48,506 bases of DNA from Myxococcota bacterium (GTDB lineage Bacteria; Myxococcota_A; UBA9160; UBA4427): NCBI GenBank assembly GCA_036336835.1, contig JAYZFK010000017.1, positions 1 through 48,506 on the forward strand, in the 5' to 3' direction. Under the pieces are notes generated by a model, which did no database searches, was not told the origin of the DNA, and saw nothing but the letters and a program-made list of their open reading frames with translations. Shown here one piece after another: positions 1-9,743 of the stretch. The first letter of the stretch is position 1, and the number at the start of each line of letters is the position of its first letter. The position numbers were made by a program, and so were the translations under genes.

Positions 1-3
1 GGA

Positions 4-30
4 GCGGATAGGAAGTATAAGCCGCGTTTT
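4..30 (-). other. oriIS end of ISCR/IS91 element
   Basis: Minus strand reads AAAACGCGGCTTATACTTCCTATCCGC, closely resembling the TATACTTCCTAT-type oriIS core of ISCR elements (recalled, not aligned); position downstream of the transposase is as expected. Confidence 0.75.
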
Positions 31-224
31 GGCAGCACGTCCGAGTATGGATGTTATGACGAGTCCCCGTGGGAGCAGTGTGGCGGGGCGATTTCAAGGT
101 GGGGATGGCGTTGGCGGGGTGCGCGGTGGTCTCGGTTGGGCGGATGAGCGGAATGCGGGCGCAGGTCGGCTGGCGGGATATCGGGTTGCCGTTGTCGCGG
201 GGCTTGCGGGGGCGGGTATCGACC

Positions 225-1838
225 TCAGTCGTCTTCGTAGGCGCTGCGCTGGTCGAAGTCGAACGGCGGGTCGTCGGCCGGGTCCGGCGTAGAGGCGGCG
301 GGCTCGGCGGAGTGGGCGGCTGCCGGAGGTGGGGCGCGGGCGGTCAGGCCGAGGCACTCGAGGATGGCGCGGGCGACGGCGGGGTCTTCGATGGCGGCGA
401 TCGCGCGCAGCGTCGCGCCACAGCGGGGACACGAGAGCGCGTCGATCGCGAACACGCGCTGTAGCAGGGCGGCCCAGCGCATGCGTTGCCGAGGACTGGT
501 GACAGCGTCGCAGGCCGGCGTTTCATTGCGCGCGCTGGCTTCGGAAGGGCTCGGTGAGTCGGCAGGGCCCGCCGCTCCTGGGTGCGCCGGTACGACTCGC
601 TCGCGCAGGCTGGCGGCGGGGGCGAGGATGCCGTGGTAGCGCACCTGGTGGGCGCGCGGTGGCGGGATCAGGGGAACCAGCCGGTCGAGCAGGTCGCGGC
701 GCTCCATCAGGATGTGGCTGGTGCCGTCGCGCCAGCGAGTCTTGAGGCGCAGCGCGAGCCGGCCATCGGTGCGCGACTCGAGCCGGTCGCGGCCGAGCGG
801 CGGGCGCCCGACATAGCGACACAGTCGCTCGAGGCGGTGGCGGTCGCGGGCCGGGACGGCCACGGCGGCGTGCAGGCTCAGCTCGGCGTGGCGGGCGAGG
901 GCCGCCTGGGCCTCGTCGCCGCGCGCCGCTTCGGTGCTCGGCTCGACGCGGTCGCCGAGCCGTCGCCACGGCTGGCCGGCGTCGGGTCCGGTGGCGATGC
1001 GGGTGCGCAGCGAGGCCTGGGCGAGCAGTGCGAGCAGCGGCTCGTCGCGGGCGAGGGCGTCGTCGTCGCCGTCGCTGCGGGCCTCGATCAGGCGCCGCAG
1101 CCGGCGGGCGGCTCCGACGAGCACGCGGGCGACGTGGTCGCCCGTCGGCGGCGGCAGGGCGATGAACTCGGGCGCCGTACCCGGGCGCGGGTCATAGAGA
1201 TAGGCGCCGTCGAGCGCCAGGGTATGGAAGTGGAGGTTCAGGTTCAGGGCCGAGCCGAAGCGCTGCAGGAAGGTGACCGCGCCGCACTGCTCGGCGCGCC
1301 GGCCGAGCTCGTGGCGGACGCGGCGGCGCAGCTCGGCGAACAGGGCGCGGACGAAGGCCTGCAGCACCTGGCTCGTGAGCTTCGCGTCGTAGGCGCAGCG
1401 GTAGCGGAGCGGGTAGGGGAGCGTGAGCACCCACTGGCGGACGGGCACCTCCGGCAGTACCCGGTCGACGAGATGGGCGGCGGTGTCGGCCATGCGGCGT
1501 CCGCCACAGGACGGGCAGAAGCCGCGGCGCTTGCACGAGAAGGGGACGAGCCGTTCGAGGTGGCATTCGTCGCAGCGCAGACGGAGGAAGCCGTGCTCGA
1601 GGATGCCGCAGCGAAGGAAGGCGCGGAGCTCTTGCTCGATGAACGGCGGAGCGGGCCGATCGCGTTGGCGAGCGCGGGCGAGAAAGGGTTCGAGCTCGTC
1701 GCGTACGGTCTGGTAGAGCAGCGTGCCTTCTGGCTGCCGCGGGGTGTACTCGGCCGCGCCGTCGCCGGCTCCGAGCGGAGCCGGTGCGCGGGCCAACGCG
1801 CGGGCGGCGGGCAGCTCGACGGGCGCTTGCAACGTCAC
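225..1838 (-). CDS. IS91/ISCR-family HUH rolling-circle transposase
   Basis: N-terminal Zn-binding CDEC...SCKRRGFCPSC, HUH motif NLHFHTL, RLCRYVGRP (single Tyr, Arg in place of the first Tyr as in ISCR), RYHGILAP, C-terminal CPRCG. Start approximate. Confidence 0.93.
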   Translation of the reverse strand: MTLQAPVELPAARALARAPAPLGAGDGAAEYTPRQPEGTLLYQTVRDELEPFLARARQRDRPAPPFIEQELRAFLRCGILEHGFLRLRCDECHLERLVPFSCKRRGFCPSCGGRRMADTAAHLVDRVLPEVPVRQWVLTLPYPLRYRCAYDAKLTSQVLQAFVRALFAELRRRVRHELGRRAEQCGAVTFLQRFGSALNLNLHFHTLALDGAYLYDPRPGTAPEFIALPPPTGDHVARVLVGAARRLRRLIEARSDGDDDALARDEPLLALLAQASLRTRIATGPDAGQPWRRLGDRVEPSTEAARGDEAQAALARHAELSLHAAVAVPARDRHRLERLCRYVGRPPLGRDRLESRTDGRLALRLKTRWRDGTSHILMERRDLLDRLVPLIPPPRAHQVRYHGILAPAASLRERVVPAHPGAAGPADSPSPSEASARNETPACDAVTSPRQRMRWAALLQRVFAIDALSCPRCGATLRAIAAIEDPAVARAILECLGLTARAPPPAAAHSAEPAASTPDPADDPPFDFDQRSAYEDD

Positions 1839-1907
1839 GACGTCGAAGCGGTACTGCCAGAGTCGTGCCGGTCTCTCGGCGTTCGAGGCGGCGGCCCGTC
1901 TCGGACA

Positions 1908-1923
1908 GTGAACCGCGGTTCAC
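1908..1923. repeat. 16-bp perfect palindrome GTGAACCGCGGTTCAC (candidate terIS)
   Basis: Perfect inverted repeat containing GAAC/GTTC, upstream of the transposase; function inferred. Confidence 0.5.
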
Positions 1924-2032
1924 ACGCCGGGCGGACGGAAGCTGGCGATGGCGGTCAACGCGGCGGGCCGAGGCTGTTCCCACTGCCAGGAGGGCGCGGA
2001 GCAGGAGACGCGAAGCTGCGATGCTTGCGCGG

Positions 2033-2108
2033 TGGTGGCCCAGGCCAGAATCGAACTGGCGACACCCGCATTTTCAGTGCGGTGCTCTACCGACTGAGCT
2101 ACCGGGCC
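2033..2108 (-). tRNA. tRNA-Phe (GAA)
   Basis: 76 nt GGCCCGGTAGCTCAGTCGGTAGAGCACCGCACTGAAAATGCGGGTGTCGCCAGTTCGATTCTGGCCTGGGCCACCA: acceptor stem, D-loop, GAA anticodon, TTCGA T-loop, encoded CCA. Confidence 0.98.
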
Positions 2109-2145
2109 ACGGGGCGAGCAATCTAGCCCGTCGCCTGGGAGCCAG

Positions 2146-2949
2146 CTAGAGCGGGCTCGCGGGCGGCTCCGCCGCTCGCGGCTCCGGCGTGGTCGGTGCC
2201 GGGTCCTGGCGCGCCCCGGCGATGGTGCCGGCCTTTGCCGCCGGTGCGACCCGCACCTTGCTCATCGCGAGCGATTCGATGGGGCGGTTCTTCGGGCCCC
2301 AGCGCCCGGCGATGTCGCGCTCGACCTCTGCGATCCGGTCGACGACGTCCATGCCCGAGACGACGCGCCCAAACAGCGAGTGGTCGCGATCGAGGTGCTG
2401 CGAGTCGGCGTGGACGATGAAGAACTGGCTGCCGCCCGTTGCCGGTGCACCCCGGTTCGCCATCGACACCGCCCCGCGCAGGTGGGGCGCGTCGCTGAAC
2501 TCGTCTTCGATCGTGTAGCCGGGCCCGCCGGCTCCATCGTCGCGCGGATCGTCGTTGCGCGTGTTGGCATCGCCGCCCTGGATCATGAAGCCGGGGATCA
2601 CGCGGTGGAAGGTCGTCCCGTCGTAGAAGCCCTGGGCGGCGAGCTTCTGGAAGTTGGCGACCGTGTTCGGGGCGAGTTCCGGGTAGAGCTCGATCTCGAT
2701 CGTGCCGAGGCCCGCCACTTCGATCAAGGCGTGAGGGTGCGCACCGTCGGGCCAGCTCCAGCGGGTGGGCTCGACGGGCTCCGGGGCGCGTTGCGTCGCC
2801 CGGGGTCTCTGGCGCAGCTCCCGGAAGACGGTGTGGTCGCCCGTGGCATCCTGCGCCTCGATGCCGCAGCCCGATGCGAGGACGAGTGCCAGCCACGGCG
2901 CGCCCAGCAGGGCGCTGGCTCGTTTGGCGAAGCAGTTGCTACAGGGCAT
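2146..2949 (-). CDS. Cyclophilin-type peptidyl-prolyl cis-trans isomerase, probable lipoprotein
   Basis: FYDGTTFHRVIPGFMIQGGD, GAVSMAN, GSQFFI, FGRVVSGMDVV; lipobox LVLASGC; GAGGAG RBS before ATG 2949. Confidence 0.93.
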   Translation of the reverse strand: MPCSNCFAKRASALLGAPWLALVLASGCGIEAQDATGDHTVFRELRQRPRATQRAPEPVEPTRWSWPDGAHPHALIEVAGLGTIEIELYPELAPNTVANFQKLAAQGFYDGTTFHRVIPGFMIQGGDANTRNDDPRDDGAGGPGYTIEDEFSDAPHLRGAVSMANRGAPATGGSQFFIVHADSQHLDRDHSLFGRVVSGMDVVDRIAEVERDIAGRWGPKNRPIESLAMSKVRVAPAAKAGTIAGARQDPAPTTPEPRAAEPPASPL

Positions 2950-3087
2950 CGCTCGCTCTCCTCGAAGCCCGTATCGGAGGAATCGGTCGCTGGGTTGAAC
3001 TCCGCTCGGCGGGGGACGACCAGGCCCGCGAGACGCGCCGCGCGCGAAAGAGGGCGTCGCGAACCCCGCGCCCGTAGACTCCGTGCC

Positions 3088-4854
3088 ATGCGCAACGCGG
3101 CGATCTCGCTCTCGATCGCACTCCTCGGCCTGTCGGTTGCGCCTCGCGCGGACGCCGCCACGCCGTCGCCCGCCATGGGTCGCGACGGCATGGTCGTGAC
3201 CTCGCAGGTCGACGCCACGGTGGCCGGTCACGCCATGCTCGCGCTCGGCGGCAATGCGATCGACGCCGCGGTGGCCAGTGCGTTTGCGATCGGCGTCACC
3301 CAGCCGTTCTCCACCGGGATCGGCGGCGGCGGCTTCATCCTGATCCACCTCGCCGGCGAAGGCGGCGGCGAGGTGATCGCCATCGACGCGCGCGAGACGG
3401 CGCCGGCCGCGGCTTCGCGCGACATGTATCTGGTCGACGGCGTGGCGAGCGATGCCTCGGTGCGCGGCGGGCTCGCGGTGGCCACGCCGGGCCTGGTGCG
3501 CGGGCTGCTGAGCGTCCAGCAGGACTACGGCCGGCTGCCCCTGGCGACGGTGATGGCGCCGGCGATCCGCCTGGCCCGCGAGGGCTTCGCCATCAGTCCC
3601 TACCACGCGCGCATGATCGGTTTCATGCGCCAGCGGCTGCCGGCCGACGATCCGCGGTTTGCCGAGACTGCGCGCATCCAGTTTCCGCCCGAGGGCACGA
3701 CCGCGCTGCCGGGCTGGCGGCTCGTGCAGCACGACCTCGCCGACACGCTGCAGGCGATTGCCGAGCGCGGGGACGCGGCCTTCTACGGCGGGCCGACCGC
3801 GCGGGCGATCGCGCAGGCTGTCGCCGCTGCGGGCGGCCTGCTGACGGAGGCCGACCTGGCCGGCTACGGCGTGCGCCGGCGGCCCGCGGTCGTCGGCAGC
3901 TACCGCGGGTTCGAGGTGTTCAGCTTTCCGCCGCCGTCGTCGGGGGGCGTCGCGCTGCTCGAGATCTTGAACGTGCTCGAGGGCTTCGATCTGGCCGAGC
4001 GGCCGCTCGGCAGCAGTGCTTCGATCCACCTGATCGCCGAGGCGATGAAGCTCGCGTTCGCCGACCGCGCCGTGCATCTCGGCGATCCGGACTTCGTGGA
4101 GATTCCCGTCGCGCGCCTGACCTCGAAGGAGTACGCGGCCGAGCAGCGAGCGCGCATCAACCCGCCCTGGTTTCGCCGCGCGCCCTGGACCTGGGGTCGC
4201 CGCGAGCACGCGATCCGAGTGAAGGCGCCGGGCCAGCTCCACGACGATGCGGGCACCACGCATCTATCGACCTCCGACGCCTGGGGCAACGCGGTCGCGA
4301 TCACCGAGACGATCAATACGCCGTACGGCTCGGGCATCACGGTCCCCGGGACCGGCATCTTGCTCGACAACGAGATGGACGACTTCTCGAAGAAGCCCTT
4401 CGAGCCGAACGCCTACGGGCTGATCGACACGCGGGGCGCCAACGCGATCGCACCCGGCAAGCGGCCGCTGTCGAGCATGACCCCGACCATCCTGCGCAAG
4501 GACGGACAGCTGTTCATGGTGACGGGGAGCCCCGGCGGACCGCGCATCATCTCGACCACGCTGCTCGCCATCCTCGGTGTCGTCGACTACGGGCTCGACG
4601 TGAAAGCGGCGGTCTCGGCGCCGCGCTTCCACCACCAGTGGGTGCCCGACGTGTTGGCGGTCGAGCCGTCGGTCGCGCTCGACGTCGTCGAGGCGCTGCG
4701 CGCGCGCGGACACGACGCCCAGCCCGGGCGACGCGAGTGGTCGGCCGCCGAGTCGATCGTGATCGACTCCGAGACGGGCTGGCACTACGGTGGCAACGAT
4801 CCGCGGCGCGACGGGCTGGCGCTCGGCTTCTCGGCGCCGGGGGATGATCGTTAG
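3088..4854 (+). CDS. ggt: Gamma-glutamyltransferase
   Basis: Signal peptide; GGNAIDAAVA, GIGGGGF, IDARETAP, PPSSGG, autocleavage GTTHLS, NEMDDF, PGKRPLSSMTP, GSPGG. Confidence 0.96.
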   Translation: MRNAAISLSIALLGLSVAPRADAATPSPAMGRDGMVVTSQVDATVAGHAMLALGGNAIDAAVASAFAIGVTQPFSTGIGGGGFILIHLAGEGGGEVIAIDARETAPAAASRDMYLVDGVASDASVRGGLAVATPGLVRGLLSVQQDYGRLPLATVMAPAIRLAREGFAISPYHARMIGFMRQRLPADDPRFAETARIQFPPEGTTALPGWRLVQHDLADTLQAIAERGDAAFYGGPTARAIAQAVAAAGGLLTEADLAGYGVRRRPAVVGSYRGFEVFSFPPPSSGGVALLEILNVLEGFDLAERPLGSSASIHLIAEAMKLAFADRAVHLGDPDFVEIPVARLTSKEYAAEQRARINPPWFRRAPWTWGRREHAIRVKAPGQLHDDAGTTHLSTSDAWGNAVAITETINTPYGSGITVPGTGILLDNEMDDFSKKPFEPNAYGLIDTRGANAIAPGKRPLSSMTPTILRKDGQLFMVTGSPGGPRIISTTLLAILGVVDYGLDVKAAVSAPRFHHQWVPDVLAVEPSVALDVVEALRARGHDAQPGRREWSAAESIVIDSETGWHYGGNDPRRDGLALGFSAPGDDR

Positions 4855-4871
4855 TCGGCGGCGCGATCGGG

Positions 4872-7466
4872 TCAGGGACAGATCGCGGCTTCGACGCGGG
4901 CCTCGGAGCGCACCACCCGCTGGGCCGCGCGCAACAGGTCCTCGGCCGTGAGTGCCTCGATGCGCTCGGGGTAGCGCAGCGCCGCGTCGGTTCCGAGACC
5001 GTAGCGACCGTCGAGCGCCAGGCTCGCAGCGCGCGCCGCGCTGCGCTGGCGGTCGATGGCGTGGTTGCCGACGAGGTAGCGCCTGGCCCGGTCGAGCTCG
5101 GAAGCACTCACCGGCTCCTGGACCAGCCGATCGAGCTCGATCTTGATGCCGCCGCGAGCCTGCTCGAGCTTCTCGGGAGCGGTCGCGATGTAGACGCCGA
5201 AGAATCCCGGGGCCACGCCCTCGACGTTGACGGCGCTGACGCTGTAGGCGAGCCCCTGCCGATCGCGCAGCTCGAGGAACAGGCGTCCGCTCTGGCCCGT
5301 CAGGATCTGCGCCAGCAGCTCGAGCGCGAAGCGGTCGGGGTCGTCGAGGGCCAGGCCCTGGAACCCCATCACGAAATGAGCCTGCGCGCGATCGGCGCTT
5401 TCCTGCACGATGCGCGGCTCGCTGGGTGCCGGCTCGGGCTCGGGCCAGGTGGTGGCGTCCGTCCGGTCGCTGCGCTCGGCGAGTGCGGCGAAGCGGACCG
5501 AGCACGCCTGGGCGATCCAGTCCGGATCGACATCGCCGGCGACGCCTAGCACGAGATTGTCGGCGTGGATCAGTCGGTCGTGGTGCGAGCGCACGGCGGC
5601 GCCGTCGAACGCCTCGACCGTCTCGCGCAGTCCCGAGATGGGCAGGCGATACGGATGGCGCTCGAACAGCGTGCGCTGGAAGAGATGGAAGCAACGCTGT
5701 GCCAGGCGATCGGTGCGGCGCTCGATCGAGGCGAGCACATCGCGCCGCTCGCGCTCGAGCTCGGTCGGGTCGAAGGCCGGCTCGAGCAGCGCCTCGGCAA
5801 ACAGGTCGAGCGTCGGCTCGAGCTTGTCGGAGGTGCACTCGAGGGTCGCGCCGAGCGAGCTGCGGCCGGAGAAGCTGTCGACCTCGGCCGCCAGGTTCTC
5901 CACGGCGCGCGCAAAGCTCGCGGCGCCACGGCTGCGCGTTCCGCGCAGCCACATCGAGCTGGTGAAGCTCGTCAGTCCCGCAGTTGCGTCGTTCTCGGCG
6001 AGCAGCCCGCCGAGCAGCGCCGCGCGCACGCTGACCACCGGGACCTCGCGCGTCGGCATCACGTGCAGCACCGCACCGCCGGAAAGCGGGTAGGTCTCCA
6101 CGCCCTCGCTCGCGCCGGGTGCCGCCGGCACGCGCCGGGGCGGCGTGAAGGTGCGGCGGGTGCGCTCGGTGCCGCGCTCGACCGCCGCCGCCAGCGAGCC
6201 CTCGTCGAGCGCGGGCGCCGAGCCGGTCGTTTCGGGCAGCAGCGCGCAGGCGGTGAGCTTCTCGGGCGCCAGGTACTGGATCGCGACGCGTTGCAGGTCT
6301 TCAGGGGTCGCGTTTCGAACCGACTCGAAGTAGCGCTCCTCGCTGCGGAAGTCGCCGCTCAGCACGTGGAAGTGGCCGAGCTTGCTGGCCATGCCCGAGA
6401 CGCTCTCGCGTTCGAAGTGCTCGGTGGCCAGGAAGTTCGCGCGAGCCCGGTCGAGCTCTTCTGCGCTCACCGCCTCGCAGCGCAGGCGCTCGACGTGCTC
6501 GAGCACCGCCTCGACCGCGCGGGTCGCCCGCTCGGGCTCGCACTCTAGATCGATCGAGAAGAGCCCCGGGTCGAGCGGCGTGTAGCACGACGCGTCGATG
6601 CGGTCGGCCAGGCCGCGCGTCTCCTTGACGTCGCGGACGAGCCGGCTCGACTCGGCCTCGCCGAGAACGAAGGCGAGCAGGTCGAGATGGGTCGCGTGCA
6701 CTTCGCGGAACGAGGGCGCGCGCCACGAGAGGTCGAGCCGCGTTCGCTCGAACGATCGCTCGAGGACGGCCGTGCGCAGCGCGTGCTGCTCGGGCTCGAT
6801 CGCGCGACCCCGCGCGGTGCCGCCGGGCTCGGCGTCCGCAAACAGGCGGCGGATGTGCTCGGCGAGCTTGCCCGCCTCGAAGTCGCCCGCCGCCACCACG
6901 ACCAGGTTGTCGGGCGTGTACCAGCGGCGGAAGAAGGCCCGCACCATCGGCTCGTCGAAGCGCGCGACGTTCTCCGCCGTTCCCAGGATCTGGGCGCGGT
7001 ACGGATGGACCTGGTACGAGGTCGAGAAGGCCAGGTCCGAGAGCGCGTGGCCCGGCGAGTCCTGCGAGCGCCGGATCTCCTCGAGCACCACCTCGACCTC
7101 GCGCTGCACCTCGAGCGGATCGAAGGTCGAGTGGCGCACCGCGTCGACCAGGACGTCGAGCCCGGTCTCGAGGGCGGTGCTCGGCAGCGTGGCGTAGTAG
7201 ACGGTGACGTCGAACGACGTGTAGGCGTTGATCCGCCCTCCCGCGCCCTCGACCTCGCCGGCCACGTCTCCCACACCGCGGCGCTCCGTGCCCTTGAAGA
7301 GCATGTGCTCGTGGAAGTGCGCGAGCCCCTCCTCGCCCGGGCGCTCGTCCGCCGAGCCGACCTTGGCCCAGATCTGGAGGTTGGCGACCGGGGCAACGTG
7401 CGCTTCGCGCAGCAGCAGGGTCAGCCCGTTGGGCAGGACTTCGTAGTGGACGGTGGGCTGGGACAA
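4872..7466 (-). CDS. M16 (pitrilysin/insulinase) family zinc protease, two M16 units fused
   Basis: GLAHFHEHMLFKGT (HxxEH), INAYTSFD, YTPDNLVVVAAGD; second half repeats the fold without the metal motif. Confidence 0.93.
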   Translation of the reverse strand: MSQPTVHYEVLPNGLTLLLREAHVAPVANLQIWAKVGSADERPGEEGLAHFHEHMLFKGTERRGVGDVAGEVEGAGGRINAYTSFDVTVYYATLPSTALETGLDVLVDAVRHSTFDPLEVQREVEVVLEEIRRSQDSPGHALSDLAFSTSYQVHPYRAQILGTAENVARFDEPMVRAFFRRWYTPDNLVVVAAGDFEAGKLAEHIRRLFADAEPGGTARGRAIEPEQHALRTAVLERSFERTRLDLSWRAPSFREVHATHLDLLAFVLGEAESSRLVRDVKETRGLADRIDASCYTPLDPGLFSIDLECEPERATRAVEAVLEHVERLRCEAVSAEELDRARANFLATEHFERESVSGMASKLGHFHVLSGDFRSEERYFESVRNATPEDLQRVAIQYLAPEKLTACALLPETTGSAPALDEGSLAAAVERGTERTRRTFTPPRRVPAAPGASEGVETYPLSGGAVLHVMPTREVPVVSVRAALLGGLLAENDATAGLTSFTSSMWLRGTRSRGAASFARAVENLAAEVDSFSGRSSLGATLECTSDKLEPTLDLFAEALLEPAFDPTELERERRDVLASIERRTDRLAQRCFHLFQRTLFERHPYRLPISGLRETVEAFDGAAVRSHHDRLIHADNLVLGVAGDVDPDWIAQACSVRFAALAERSDRTDATTWPEPEPAPSEPRIVQESADRAQAHFVMGFQGLALDDPDRFALELLAQILTGQSGRLFLELRDRQGLAYSVSAVNVEGVAPGFFGVYIATAPEKLEQARGGIKIELDRLVQEPVSASELDRARRYLVGNHAIDRQRSAARAASLALDGRYGLGTDAALRYPERIEALTAEDLLRAAQRVVRSEARVEAAICP

Positions 7467-7548
7467 TCTCGCGGCGAAGGTACCCGAGCCGGCGCTCGTC
7501 CGCTGCGAGGCGTGCGGCGTGGGGTCTCGGGGCTCTACTCTCGGGTCG

Positions 7549-8718
7549 ATGACGAGTGTCGGGGTCTACGTCCACGTTCCGTTCTGCGAACGAGTGTGTC
7601 CCTACTGCGACTTCGCCGTGGTCGCGGCCCGGCCGCTTCGCTCGAGGGATCAGACGCGCTACGTCGCAGCCCTCCGGACCGAGCTCGAAGCTCGCGCGGC
7701 GCCGTATGCCGAGCGTGTGCTGGCGAGCCTCTATCTCGGCGGGGGCACCCCATCGCTCCTCGAGCCGGACGCGGTGGCGGCGATCGTCGACGCGGTGGAC
7801 GCGCAGTTTCCCGAGTCGTCGGGCGACTGCGAGGTCACGCTCGAGGTCAACCCGAGCACGCTCGAGCGCGAGCGGTTGCCCGGCTTCCGCGCCGCCGGTG
7901 TCAACCGGTTGTCGATCGGTGTGCAGAGCTTCGACGACGAGGTGCTGCGGCGGCTCGGTCGAGCGCACCGCGCGGGCGAGGCGCGCGCCACGTTGCGCGC
8001 TGCCCGCGACGCCGGCTTCGAGAACCTGTCCCTGGATCTGATCTTCGCGGCGCCGGGCGGCTCGCGGGACCAGCTCGCGCGCGACCTGGACGAGGTCGTC
8101 TCGTTCGGTCCCGAGCACGTGTCGACCTACGAGCTCACCATCGAGCCCGGCACGCCCTTCGCGCTCGCGCAGGCGCGCGGGCAGCTCGCGCGCGCCGGCG
8201 AAGACGAGACGATCGCAGCGCTCGAGCGCATCGAGTCGGTCCTCGGGGCCGCGGGTCTCGTCCGCTACGAGATCTCGAGCCACGCGCGCGCGGGCTTCGA
8301 GTCGCGCCACACCCGACGCTACTGGCGGCGCGAGCCGGTGCTGGGCCTCGGCATGAGCGCCTGGTCCTCGCTCGTGGCCACGCCCGAAGCGCCCCACGGC
8401 GGACGCGTCTCCAACCCGCGCTCGCTCGCGGCCTATCTGGAGGCGGTCGAGGCCGGCGATCCGTCCGCCGGCAGCAGCGAGCTCCACGACGCGGCGACGG
8501 CGCGCTGCGAGGCGATGTTCCTCGGGCTGCGCCAGCGCGAGGGCATCCGCGCCCGCGCGTTCGAGGCGGAGTTCGGGGCACCGCCCCGGGCCTTCTTCGG
8601 CCAACAGATCGAGACGATGTGTGACCAGGGCCTGCTCGAGGAGCGCGACCGCGGCGACCTGCGCCTCAGCCCGCGCGGCTGGCTGCTCGCCGATACGGTG
8701 GCCAGCTACTTCGTCTGA
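7549..8718 (+). CDS. hemW: Radical SAM heme chaperone HemW
   Basis: YVHVPFCERVCPYCDF (CxxxCxxC), YLGGGTPS, RLSIGVQSF, DLIFAAP, YEISS; lies near hrcA. Confidence 0.9.
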   Translation: MTSVGVYVHVPFCERVCPYCDFAVVAARPLRSRDQTRYVAALRTELEARAAPYAERVLASLYLGGGTPSLLEPDAVAAIVDAVDAQFPESSGDCEVTLEVNPSTLERERLPGFRAAGVNRLSIGVQSFDDEVLRRLGRAHRAGEARATLRAARDAGFENLSLDLIFAAPGGSRDQLARDLDEVVSFGPEHVSTYELTIEPGTPFALAQARGQLARAGEDETIAALERIESVLGAAGLVRYEISSHARAGFESRHTRRYWRREPVLGLGMSAWSSLVATPEAPHGGRVSNPRSLAAYLEAVEAGDPSAGSSELHDAATARCEAMFLGLRQREGIRARAFEAEFGAPPRAFFGQQIETMCDQGLLEERDRGDLRLSPRGWLLADTVASYFV

Positions 8719-9743
8719 TCGCGTGCCAGGTGGGCGATTACCGCGTCCGCAAACGCGCGTGTTCCGAGCTGGCCGCCGATGTCGGCGGTCTTCTCGCCGC
8801 GGCGCAGGGCGGTGTTGTAGGCCTCGCGGATGCGCGTTGCGACCTGGCGGTAGTGTGGTTCCCCGTCCCCGGTTTCGCTCAGGTAGTTCAGCAGCATCAC
8901 AGCGCTCATCAGCAGGGCGAGTGGGTTGGCGCGATCGCGCCCGGCGAGCGCGGGCGCAGAGCCGTGTACGGCCTCGAACACGGCCGCGTGGTCGCCGAGG
9001 TTCGCCCCCGGCGTCACCCCGAGGCCGCCGACCAGCCCCGCGCACAGGTCGGACACGACGTCGCCGTACAGGTTCTCGCACAGCAGGACGTCGAACTCCG
9101 ACGGGTTCTGGACGAGTCGCATGCAGCCCGCGTCGATGATGCGCTCGTCGTACTCGATCTCGCTGCCGGCGAAGGTCTCACGGGCGCACGACAGGAACAG
9201 CCCGTCGCTGAGCTTCATGATGTTGGCCTTGTGGAAGCTGGTGACCCGCCGCCGCCCGCGGCTGCGCGCATAGTCGAGCGCGTAGCGGGCAATCCGGCGA
9301 CACGCCTTCTCGGTGGCGACCTTGAGCGAGGTCACCACGCCCTCGGTGATCGTGTTCTCGATTCCCGAATACAGCCCCTCGGTGTTCTCGCGCACGATCA
9401 CCAGGTCGACGTCGTCGAAGGGGCTCGCGACGCCGGGCAGGTTGCGCACCGGCCGCACGGCCGCATAGAGATCGAGCTCGCGGCGCAGCGCGACGTTGAC
9501 CGACGAGAACCCCTCGCCGATCGGGGTGGTGCAGGGCCCCTTGAGGGCGATGCCGTGGCGCCGGATCGCCTCGCAGGTCGACGCCGGCAGGACCGCCTGC
9601 TCTCCTGCCTCGATCGCCGCAATGCCCGCGAACCGGCGCTCCCAGGCGAGGTCGGCGCCGGCGGCGTCGAGGATCCGGACGACCACGTCGCACACCTCGG
9701 GCCCGATGCCGTCGCCGGGAATCAGTACACAGGTTCGAGCCAT
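8706..9743 (-). CDS. Isocitrate/isopropylmalate dehydrogenase family (NAD-dependent IDH-like)
   Basis: IPGDGIGPEV, LKGP, SVNVALR, RENTEGLY, HKANIMKLSDGLF, NLYGDVVSD, FEAVHGSAP. Confidence 0.92.
   Translation of the reverse strand: MARTCVLIPGDGIGPEVCDVVVRILDAAGADLAWERRFAGIAAIEAGEQAVLPASTCEAIRRHGIALKGPCTTPIGEGFSSVNVALRRELDLYAAVRPVRNLPGVASPFDDVDLVIVRENTEGLYSGIENTITEGVVTSLKVATEKACRRIARYALDYARSRGRRRVTSFHKANIMKLSDGLFLSCARETFAGSEIEYDERIIDAGCMRLVQNPSEFDVLLCENLYGDVVSDLCAGLVGGLGVTPGANLGDHAAVFEAVHGSAPALAGRDRANPLALLMSAVMLLNYLSETGDGEPHYRQVATRIREAYNTALRRGEKTADIGGQLGTRAFADAVIAHLARDQTK

Larger units (their letters stand above)
4..1923 (-). mobile_element. ISCR / IS91-family rolling-circle insertion element (right boundary uncertain)
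   Basis: HUH transposase at 225-1838, oriIS-like end at ~4-30 about 200 bp downstream of its stop, and a 16-bp palindrome at 1908-1923 as candidate terIS. Confidence 0.75.

Noticed and set aside
1839..2032. Integrase or att site at tRNA-Phe
   Set aside because: No integrase and no duplicated tRNA 3' end visible within the window.
582..2126. Long antisense and alternate-frame ORFs (e.g. 582-2126 +, 6301-9081 -, 11036-12961 -, 14523-17060 -, 36540-38399 -)
   Set aside because: Shadow ORFs of real genes in high-GC DNA; Arg/Ala/Pro-rich with no motifs.
4159..4215. Trp/Arg-rich stretch (PPWFRRAPWTWGRRE) before the GGT cleavage site
   Set aside because: Lies in a known variable linker; no evidence of a special function.
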